Below, in pieces: positions 1 through 7,123 of a DNA stretch of 64,000 nt (position 1 is the first letter of the stretch; each line of letters opens with the position of its first letter). Location of the stretch: positions 56,971 through 120,970 of the forward strand of contig CALFWB010000003.1 of assembly GCA_937928795.1 (NCBI GenBank). Reading direction: 5' to 3'. The DNA is from an uncultured Anaerolineales bacterium (GTDB taxonomy: Bacteria > Chloroflexota > Anaerolineae > Anaerolineales > UBA4823). The translations under genes and the position numbers were made by a program. The notes under the pieces were generated by a model. That model had not been told where the DNA came from and did not search any database. It worked only from the letters and a program-made list of their open reading frames with translations.

Positions 1-66
1 AAAGCATTGAGAGAATTGTCGGAATATGTAATCTTACGGCATATATAATTAGTGTTTCCGACCTAG

Positions 67-113
67 TTTGTAGGACAACTCAATGAGTTGTCCTACAACT
101 TTTGCGTGGACAC
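67..113 (-). repeat. Truncated, inverted copy of the 78-bp nested-hairpin repeat family (left arm plus inner hairpin)
   Basis: The reverse complement of 67-113 equals the first ~47 nt of the elements at 21971-22048 and 61607-61684. Perfect palindrome GTAGGACAACTC-AAT-GAGTTGTCCTAC at 70-96. Confidence 0.8.
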
Positions 114-128
114 TTTATGATTCTTCCC

Positions 129-157
129 TTGACGGAATGATTTTCAGGTGATATATT
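129..157 (+). promoter_or_regulatory. Sigma70-like promoter TTGACG-N17-TATATT
   Basis: TTGACG at 129-134, a 17-nt spacer, TATATT at 152-157. Lies upstream of the leader ORF and the aminotransferase operon. Confidence 0.45.
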
Positions 158-167
158 TCCGCTCAAT

Positions 168-242
168 ATGATGACAAACTGCGCGACAACCACCAATATG
201 ATGACTACTCCCTCCCTAAAAAGGTGGGGCGTTCGCGCGTAA
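168..242 (+). CDS. Putative 24-aa Thr/Met-rich leader peptide (MMTNCATTTNMMTTPSLKRWGVRA)
   Basis: Hand translation from ATG 168 to TAA 240-242 gives 6 Thr and 4 Met in 24 codons. The ORF overlaps alternative-pairing segments upstream of a terminator. No clear Shine-Dalgarno, so it would be near-leaderless. Confidence 0.4.
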   Translation: MMTNCATTTNMMTTPSLKRWGVRA

Positions 243-270
243 GATGCAGAAGGATAGCAAGGATAAATTC

Positions 271-295
271 AAACGCCCCGCTCGGGGCGTTTTTT
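271..295 (+). terminator. Rho-independent terminator / attenuator hairpin
   Basis: AAACGCCCC (271-279), loop GCTC, GGGGCGTTT (284-292), with the T-run continuing to 295. Sits 28 nt upstream of the ATG at 324. Confidence 0.7.
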
Positions 296-323
296 ATAAC
301 TAGAATCTAAAGGAGTTATCTAA

Positions 324-1637
324 ATGGAAAATCTTATCCCTCTTGACCAACCTGTCTTTGCAGTTCCTCAGGAGAACCTAATTCCCGTGAATGATTACCT
401 AAGTAAGATGATGGATATTCCTCCTTCGAGGATGTTTCTAATCAACAAGTCGTTGAAGGTTTTTCAAGAGAAATATCCTGGAGAACCGATTTATGATGCC
501 TCGCAAGGAGATGGGGGAGCCAGTTTGCCCGGTGTTTTGCCGGAGATCCTAGAAAAAGCAGCCGAAATGCAAATTCAGCACGGAACTTCTTATGATATGC
601 CCTATGGAACGGACGAGTACCGCCGTTCGGTCATTGAGGACTATTGGAAAATCGACTCTGCTTTGGGGATCACGCCGGCCAATGTGATTGGCACGGCAGG
701 CGGCAGAGATGCATTAGTCAAAGCCTATCAGGCGATGTTAGCACTTGGATACGGCAGGGTTGGAGATGTAGTGATTGTCTCGCGCGTGCCATGGATCTCC
801 TATAACTGGGGACCCTATGGTATTGGCGCAAATGTCCTCTATGCCCCCGGAAATCCAGAAAACGGTTGGGCATATACAGAGGAGAGCATTGAAGAGTGTG
901 TGAACTTTGCCTCGAAAGCGGGGCGCAAAATCGCCTGTTTGGTGATTACCAATCCCGATAATCCAACCGGACTGACCTTATCGGTTGAAAGGCAAGTGAG
1001 CCTAGCAAAAAAGGCGTTGGAATTAGGGGTGGCATTTGTGTTATTCGATTGGATGTATCACTATGTCACCGATGAGCAACCCATGGATCTAAATTCTTTC
1101 TTGCAGAATTTCTCGAAAGAAGAACGGAAAAAGTTGGTGTTTTTGGATGGGATCACCAAAAGCTTAGGTGGCTCGAATATCCGTAATAGCCACCTAATCG
1201 CCTCGGAAGAAGTGATCAAGTTCATCGTCTCGCGCGCCTCTCATACGGTCATGCCGACTTATTTTTCTTTGGCAGTAGCCATGGCAGCCTATAAAATGGG
1301 GTATGACAAAGCCTCAAAACCGATTGTCGAACCTACCAATGCCAGTCGAAAAGTTCTCAAGAAATTTTTGGATGAACATCATTTCACCTATATTCTCGGC
1401 AAAGGGTATTATGCCTTTATCCACGTTGGGGATTGGTTGAAATCCAAAGGGTGGACAAACACAGAACCGATGGGGCAATATTTCGCTGAGGAATTTGGCT
1501 TAGCCATCGTGCCAGGTGCCTTCTTTTCCGCATACGGCGGGGAATGGATTCGCTTCTCTTATGCCACTCCCGTTGAGAGAACGTTGGGAGCACTGGAACG
1601 CTTAGTTCAAGGTTTGAACAGTTTGGAGGGCGCATGA
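324..1637 (+). CDS. PLP-dependent aminotransferase, class I/II
   Basis: 437 aa. Fold-type I motifs (NPDNPTG; PLP-lysine context ITKSLGGSNIR). SD AAAGGAG at 309-315. Its stop overlaps the next start (ATGA at 1634). Confidence 0.85.
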   Translation: MENLIPLDQPVFAVPQENLIPVNDYLSKMMDIPPSRMFLINKSLKVFQEKYPGEPIYDASQGDGGASLPGVLPEILEKAAEMQIQHGTSYDMPYGTDEYRRSVIEDYWKIDSALGITPANVIGTAGGRDALVKAYQAMLALGYGRVGDVVIVSRVPWISYNWGPYGIGANVLYAPGNPENGWAYTEESIEECVNFASKAGRKIACLVITNPDNPTGLTLSVERQVSLAKKALELGVAFVLFDWMYHYVTDEQPMDLNSFLQNFSKEERKKLVFLDGITKSLGGSNIRNSHLIASEEVIKFIVSRASHTVMPTYFSLAVAMAAYKMGYDKASKPIVEPTNASRKVLKKFLDEHHFTYILGKGYYAFIHVGDWLKSKGWTNTEPMGQYFAEEFGLAIVPGAFFSAYGGEWIRFSYATPVERTLGALERLVQGLNSLEGA

Positions 1638-4513
1638 GCCAATATAACGTCGTCAATTTTGTTGAGAAATTTCGTCATGCCTTAGAGGTTGCTGAGCAAA
1701 CCAATCCACAAAGTGGTATCTGTGGCTATGAACTCGAGTGGAACATGCTCGACTCCCACCTCTGGCCACTGCTGACCGTGGGCTCAGGTCCAGAGCGGAT
1801 ATCCTTCGTGGATTACCTACGCGATGAAATCATTCCGGCTTCCTTTCGATCTTTCTCCCAGCTTGAGGTCTATCACTGGATGATCGAATGGGCAACCAGA
1901 CCGTATTATCACCTCATCGGTGCTGTCTATGAGTCACGCGTGCTGGAAGCCATTTTGATCAATGCTTTGCATCAGGCAAGTGCGAAATTTGGGGAAAGAT
2001 TTTATTATTGGCACGGAAATTTGCTCTTTCAGCCTCAGTTTGGTAAAGACTGTATTCCCGGTTCGTGGAATTTGGCAAAAAGGCGTTACCTTGAACGTTG
2101 TGTGGATATGTATGGGGCTGCCTTGGCGACTGCTGGCATCCATGCGAATCTCTCTCTGCCGGAAACCTTGCTATCCTGGGATTTTGTACACCAAAGTCAA
2201 AATTTGCCGAATCATCTCAGTCAACCTTTTCAACACCTCGATGACTACAAGAATTACGTCTACATCCGCGCCACAAGGTTGTTGAGAGCTTTTGCATCGG
2301 TTTTTATTGCCACTACAGCCTCAACACCATTTGTCAGTCAGTACCGCAACGGTAAGCAGGTGATCGTGTTAGCCAAAGCCGATTCGGTGCGGAACTTGAC
2401 TTTTCCCAACCCGATCTTATTGGATTTGCCGGGTTTATATCGCTCGCATGAGGATTACTTGCGCATTTCATACGAGCTGGTGCGAAAAGGTATCCGTTTT
2501 GGGAATAACAACTGGACCCCTGTACGAGCGCGTTCCTTTTCAGAGCCGGTAGAGCGCTTGATTGCTATCACCAGCGACCAACTGCGTCAATTGTATGCGC
2601 GCGGTCTATATACCGCCAGCAGAGACGATCAAGCCGAAGCAATGGCACGCGAAATTGAAGTTCAAAACCTCTTGGCACGCATTAACATTCCCATGTCGAG
2701 GGTTGAGGTTCGTTGTGACGAAGGCGGACATGATATGGAGACCGATCTAGCTAACCTCACCCTCAAGTACCTGTTGTTGTTGCGCTTCTATAGCGATCCC
2801 TCTTTTGCGGTTAGCTTTCGGTATGAAGTAGAAGATATCGAGCGGGCGCGACGTAATGAAGAAAAAGCGGCCCGCGATGGCTTAGACGCCGAAATCGAGA
2901 ATCCGCTCAGCGGCAAACCGGTTGTCGTGCGAGAATTTTTGGGTTGGATCTTGGATGAATTAATGCCCTTAGCCGAAGGCTTAGAGGTTTCCTCTTTTCT
3001 CCAGCCTTTGGTTGAAATGGCAAAAGGCGCTCCAAATACCTCGCAAAAGATTCGTCAACGCGTTTTGCAGGAGCTGGGTGATTGCGACGAGATTCCGCTT
3101 GAATACCTGCAGAAACTTGCTGAAGAGCGCGAAGAAGCAGTTCGAAAGGACATTGCCACAATCCAGAGTGAGTTGTACCGCCTGGGAAATGAGGCAAATA
3201 AATTGGAGAGCTTGATCCAACGGGGCAGAGACGAATACCGTCAATATCCTAACATCCCGATCTCGTTTAAGCCGCTCCGACCGTTGCAGATTCTCAAGGT
3301 GTACACGGATAAAACCACAGAAATTGTGGACCTAGCGATGCAACTGATCCAAATTCCTTCAGTGACCGCCTGTGCCAACGAGCGGTTGGAAGATGTTGCC
3401 TATGCCGCCTCCTTCATTTGCAATTATGCCGAAAAATGCGGTTTAGAAGTGCGCTATTTCAATAAACATAAATATCCTGCCTTACTAATCGGTTTTCCCG
3501 GCGATTTGTATGCTCCGGTTACCTTGAGCGGTCACTTTGATGTGGTTCAACCTGCGCCGGATGACTCGCAGTTTGTCCCTCGCCTAGAAGGCAATTACCT
3601 CTTAGGCAGAGGCGCAGCAGACATGAAAACGGTCGTTGCTACCTATTTGGTGTGGCTCAAGGATCGCTTGATTCAAGGCGAACCTTATCCGCCGCTCAAC
3701 CTGCTTCTCGTTGGAAATGAAGAAAACGGCGAGTTTGAACCGATGGGCACTCCTCATGTGTTTGACCAAATCGTCAGCGAAGGATATCCTTTACCCCAGC
3801 TCTTCATCGCTGGAGAGAGAACTGGGGAAAAAGGCGATGAGTTATTCGGAGAGATTTGCACCTCGAATCGCGGCATCATGCGCTTTGATGTCATTGCCAA
3901 AGGTGCACGGGCTCATACCAGCCAGACCTCGGTTGGCACTGCGGTGAAAGGGGACTTAACCGCCAAATTGTTTGACTTTCGCCAAAAAATGACCGAGCTG
4001 TTTCAACGAAGCCTGACTCTTTCAAGTCCTGACCGCTGGAACTCGCAATTTCAGATCCCTTTTGTGCGCATTGGTGAGGAAGGTTTATACAATGTTTCAC
4101 CAGAGTTTGCCATCATGGGGGTAGAAGTTCGCCCTATACCTGAAGAGAATGTAGATGAACTGGTGAGTAACCTTCAAGACCTGTGTCGTCAAAATGACCT
4201 GGAGTTCCACCTCAAGGTGTGCGAAAAAGGCATCCGATGTAATGCAGACAATCCTTACTTACAAAACCTAATTGAGGCTTATCAAGATGTTGCTGGCCAG
4301 TCTCCAAGGATCGGGAAAAAACTACCTGCTACCAGCGCGCGCTTTGCACCCCAAGGTCAAGGGATTGTGTGGGGACAAAGTGGAGTCGATCCTCATGGTT
4401 ACAACGAAAAACATTACCTTCCGAGTATCAAACCTTATTACGATGTTCTCACCGCCTTCGCAAAACGTCTTGAGAGTCAAGCTATTGTATCTATCAAGGA
4501 GAAAGAGGGATGA
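1634..4513 (+). CDS. Two-domain fusion: N-terminal GshA-like glutamate-cysteine-ligase/carboxylate-amine-ligase domain plus C-terminal M20 (ArgE/DapE/ACY1) metallo-amidohydrolase
   Basis: 959 aa. N-terminal motifs: GYELEWNMLD, QLEVYHWMIEWATRP, AGIHANLSLP. C-terminal motifs from about aa 555: LIQIPSVTA, SGHFDVVQP, GRGAADMKT, LLLVGNEENGE. SD GGAGGG is present and both gene junctions overlap. Confidence 0.7.
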   Translation: MSQYNVVNFVEKFRHALEVAEQTNPQSGICGYELEWNMLDSHLWPLLTVGSGPERISFVDYLRDEIIPASFRSFSQLEVYHWMIEWATRPYYHLIGAVYESRVLEAILINALHQASAKFGERFYYWHGNLLFQPQFGKDCIPGSWNLAKRRYLERCVDMYGAALATAGIHANLSLPETLLSWDFVHQSQNLPNHLSQPFQHLDDYKNYVYIRATRLLRAFASVFIATTASTPFVSQYRNGKQVIVLAKADSVRNLTFPNPILLDLPGLYRSHEDYLRISYELVRKGIRFGNNNWTPVRARSFSEPVERLIAITSDQLRQLYARGLYTASRDDQAEAMAREIEVQNLLARINIPMSRVEVRCDEGGHDMETDLANLTLKYLLLLRFYSDPSFAVSFRYEVEDIERARRNEEKAARDGLDAEIENPLSGKPVVVREFLGWILDELMPLAEGLEVSSFLQPLVEMAKGAPNTSQKIRQRVLQELGDCDEIPLEYLQKLAEEREEAVRKDIATIQSELYRLGNEANKLESLIQRGRDEYRQYPNIPISFKPLRPLQILKVYTDKTTEIVDLAMQLIQIPSVTACANERLEDVAYAASFICNYAEKCGLEVRYFNKHKYPALLIGFPGDLYAPVTLSGHFDVVQPAPDDSQFVPRLEGNYLLGRGAADMKTVVATYLVWLKDRLIQGEPYPPLNLLLVGNEENGEFEPMGTPHVFDQIVSEGYPLPQLFIAGERTGEKGDELFGEICTSNRGIMRFDVIAKGARAHTSQTSVGTAVKGDLTAKLFDFRQKMTELFQRSLTLSSPDRWNSQFQIPFVRIGEEGLYNVSPEFAIMGVEVRPIPEENVDELVSNLQDLCRQNDLEFHLKVCEKGIRCNADNPYLQNLIEAYQDVAGQSPRIGKKLPATSARFAPQGQGIVWGQSGVDPHGYNEKHYLPSIKPYYDVLTAFAKRLESQAIVSIKEKEG

Positions 4514-5943
4514 AGGATAAGCAGCTCTTGGTCATGAAATTTGGAGGGACATCAGTAGGGAACAGTGAGGCGATGAAGCAGGTTAGGGACATTATCAAAA
4601 ATGTCCTTGATGAAGGTTGGATGCCGGTGGTCGTTTTATCGGCAATGGCCGGCGTTACCGATGATTTGCTTCGCTCCACGGAAGTGGCTAAAAACCGACG
4701 TTACGATCAAGTGTTACAAACTGCCGGAGCTCTCACCACGCGCCATTATCAAGTCGTGGATGACCTCATCCACGAGACCGGGAGAAAAGTGTTCGTTAAG
4801 CAACAAATTGACCAATTGGTCAGTATGTTCGCAGAGTATTGTCGAGCGATTGATATTATTGGAGAAGCTACCCCTCGTGTCTTGGATGCAATTGCAGGGA
4901 TTGGGGAGATGTTATGTGTGCGCATCTTCGCCGAATATCTCAATGCAAGCGGCATCCCTGCAAGAGCCATGGACGCCACCAAGCTTATTGTTACAGACCA
5001 TGCTTATCAAGCCGCTCATCCCATCCGAGAAAAGACAGAGCGTAAGGTACAAGAAACCCTCTCACCTATCCTTCAATCGGGAATTGTACCGGTAGTTACA
5101 GGATTTATTGCAGCCACCGAGGACGGAACCACTACGACCCTTGGGAGAGGAGGCAGTGACTACTCCGCAGCTTTGCTTGGTGCGTATTTACCGGCTACAG
5201 AAGTTTGGATTTGGACGGATGTGGATGGTGTGATGACCGCTGACCCGCGCATCGTTCCCGATGCCGTAACCATTGATGTTTTAACCTTTCGCGAGATCGG
5301 CGAGCTGGCATACTACGGGGCAAAAGTGGTTCACCCCAAAACCATGCAACCCTTAATCGATGCTGGCATCCTCATCCGGGTCAAGAATACCTTTAACCCC
5401 TCCCACCCGGGCACCCTCTTAACGCTAGAAAACGAGAAGCAGCTCAACGGGGCAATCAAAGCGGTGACTTCGATCAAGGGGCAAGCTTTGGTAACGATCG
5501 AGGGGCGAGGGATGCTAGGCGTACCCGGAGTCGCAGCAAGAGCATTTGGCGCAGTTGCGGCTACTGGGACAAGTGTTCCCTTAATTACTCAAGCTTCCTC
5601 CGAACAGTCCATTTGCTTTGCTGTCCCTCAGCAATCGGTTGAAACGGTTTTACGTTCGCTCAATGAGACCTTTAGCCGTGAGTTGGCAAACAGAGATATT
5701 GACCGCATCTGGGCAACGGATGAAGTTGTCATTGTAACGATTGTGGGCGCAGGGATGCGCAGCACTCCAGGGATTGCCGGAAGAATCTTTGGTAAATTGG
5801 GCTCAAACGGGATCAATGTGATTGCAATTGCGCAGGGCTCGTCGGAGGTTTCGATTTCCCTGGTCATCGATAAGGCAGACGAGCAAGGAGCTGTGCGGGC
5901 GATTCATGAATTGATTGTGCCAAAAGTCGAACAGGTCGGTTGA
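4510..5943 (+). CDS. lysC: Aspartate kinase (monofunctional, with C-terminal ACT domains)
   Basis: 477 aa. Begins VMKFGGTSVG, contains GRGGSDYSAA, and has a tandem ACT-like C-terminus. Its start overlaps the upstream stop. Confidence 0.9.
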   Translation: MKDKQLLVMKFGGTSVGNSEAMKQVRDIIKNVLDEGWMPVVVLSAMAGVTDDLLRSTEVAKNRRYDQVLQTAGALTTRHYQVVDDLIHETGRKVFVKQQIDQLVSMFAEYCRAIDIIGEATPRVLDAIAGIGEMLCVRIFAEYLNASGIPARAMDATKLIVTDHAYQAAHPIREKTERKVQETLSPILQSGIVPVVTGFIAATEDGTTTTLGRGGSDYSAALLGAYLPATEVWIWTDVDGVMTADPRIVPDAVTIDVLTFREIGELAYYGAKVVHPKTMQPLIDAGILIRVKNTFNPSHPGTLLTLENEKQLNGAIKAVTSIKGQALVTIEGRGMLGVPGVAARAFGAVAATGTSVPLITQASSEQSICFAVPQQSVETVLRSLNETFSRELANRDIDRIWATDEVVIVTIVGAGMRSTPGIAGRIFGKLGSNGINVIAIAQGSSEVSISLVIDKADEQGAVRAIHELIVPKVEQVG

Positions 5944-5988
5944 CAAAATGAATTGGTCATAGTAATATTTTTTAAGACGAACAGTGAT

Positions 5989-6060
5989 GGCGAGGTAGCT
6001 CAATGGTGGAGCAGGGGACTCATAAGCCCTTGGTTGTGGGTTCAAATCCCACCCTCGCCA
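5989..6060 (+). tRNA. tRNA-Met (anticodon CAT), elongator type; tRNA-Ile2 (lysidine) not excluded
   Basis: Cloverleaf folded by hand: acceptor GGCGAGG/CCTCGCC, anticodon loop CTCATAA, T arm GTGGG-TTCAAAT-CCCAC, discriminator A. G1-C72 is paired, so it is not an initiator. No encoded CCA. Confidence 0.85.
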
Positions 6061-6113
6061 CTCTTTACTTAAAACCGTTGGCTTTCCCCCGAATGAACGA
6101 CCAAAGGTGAGCG

Positions 6114-6998
6114 ATGAACAAATTCGAACAATTACTATCCGAGTCCAAGACCATCCTTCTTGATGGCGCAATGGGAACGATGCTCATGTCCAAGGGCATG
6201 GAGGCCGGTCAAGCTCCAGAAAAGATGAACCTTGACCATCCTGAAATCGTGCAAGAAATCCACCGCGCTTATATTGAAGCTGGCTCAAATGTTATCTTGA
6301 CCAACACCTTTGGGGCAAATCGTTTTCGCTTGATGCGCCATAAGTTGGACGATCGGGTTAGGGAAATTAACCAAACTGCGGCACGATTAGCTCGTCAAGT
6401 AGCTGATGAGTTTCCCAACGTTATTGTCGCCGGATCCATGGGTCCAACCGGCGAATTGATGGCCCCACTGGGGAAGCTATCTTTCGAGGATGCGGTTCAA
6501 GCCTTTGCCGAACAAGCCGCTGGCTTATCCAGCGGCGGTGTGGACGTCATTTGGATCGAGACCATGGCAGACCTTCAAGAAGTCAAAGCGGCTGTACAAG
6601 GAACCCGTTCGGTAACTCGCCTTCCGATTGTCGTGACCATGACCTTTGAAAGCCGAGGCAGGACAATGATGGGCGTTACCCCTGAGCAACTGGTTCGGCT
6701 GGCAGGGGAGCTAGAATTGAGTGCGGTGGGAGCAAATTGCGGAAAAGGACCCCAAGAGCTAGAAGCAGTGATTGAGCGGATGCACAAGGCGGGTTGCCAG
6801 ATTCCCATCATTGCCAAAGCCAATGCCGGAATCCCGAAACTCATAGAGGGCAAAGTCATCTATGATGGCTCACCCGAAATTATGGCTGAACACGCTCGCG
6901 TTGTGAATCAGAGCGGTGCAACCCTAATCGGCGCCTGTTGTGGCAGCTCACCCGATCATATCCGCGAAATGCGCCGCGCCCTTTTCCTGGACCTATAA
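6114..6998 (+). CDS. Homocysteine S-methyltransferase domain protein (stand-alone MetH-type Hcy-binding module)
   Basis: 294 aa. Contains LLDGAMGTML, a GANCG cysteine and GACCGSSPDHI (Zn-ligand cysteines typical of the S-methyl_trans domain). Confidence 0.85.
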   Translation: MNKFEQLLSESKTILLDGAMGTMLMSKGMEAGQAPEKMNLDHPEIVQEIHRAYIEAGSNVILTNTFGANRFRLMRHKLDDRVREINQTAARLARQVADEFPNVIVAGSMGPTGELMAPLGKLSFEDAVQAFAEQAAGLSSGGVDVIWIETMADLQEVKAAVQGTRSVTRLPIVVTMTFESRGRTMMGVTPEQLVRLAGELELSAVGANCGKGPQELEAVIERMHKAGCQIPIIAKANAGIPKLIEGKVIYDGSPEIMAEHARVVNQSGATLIGACCGSSPDHIREMRRALFLDL

Positions 6999-7005
6999 TA
7001 AAAAA

Positions 7006-7022
7006 TCCCTCTTGATGAGGGA
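7006..7022. terminator. Short hairpin between convergent genes (weak terminator candidate)
   Basis: TCCCTC-TTGAT-GAGGGA directly after the stop at 6998 and beside the tRNA-His 3' end. Confidence 0.3.
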
Positions 7023-7027
7023 GTGTT

Positions 7028-7104
7028 TGGGGTGCCAGATGGGTCTCGAACCCACAACCCTCGCATCCACAGTGCGATGCTCTGCCAATTGAGCTACTGG
7101 CACC
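7028..7104 (-). tRNA. tRNA-His (anticodon GTG) with encoded G-1 and CCA
   Basis: The reverse complement folds as G-1 + GTGCCAG acceptor, anticodon loop CTGTGGA, T arm GTGGG-TTCGAGA-CCCAT, C73, CCA. Confidence 0.95.
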
Positions 7105-7123
7105 ATCATTGGTTGAAGTTATT

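Noticed and set aside
1-48. Frame-1 open reading to the TAA at 46-48 (KALRELSEYVILRHI*), possibly the 3' end of an upstream gene.
   Set aside because: Only 15 codons are visible, which is too short to support a call.
222-240. AGGTGGGGCGTTCGCGCG superficially resembles the T-box antiterminator consensus (AGGGTGGNACCGCG).
   Set aside because: The leader is only about 130 nt. I see no Stem I, specifier loop, or AG-bay/GNUGGA-type elements. The match to the T-box core is poor. The leader-peptide model explains the same segments better.
5803-6171. Minus-strand 122-aa ORF across tRNA-Met. The same applies to 6880-7149 across tRNA-His and 22001-22336 across tRNA-Leu.
   Set aside because: These ORFs read through tRNA genes, giving the typical WDLNPQP/GFETH/RDLNPH artefact peptides. 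They have no SD.
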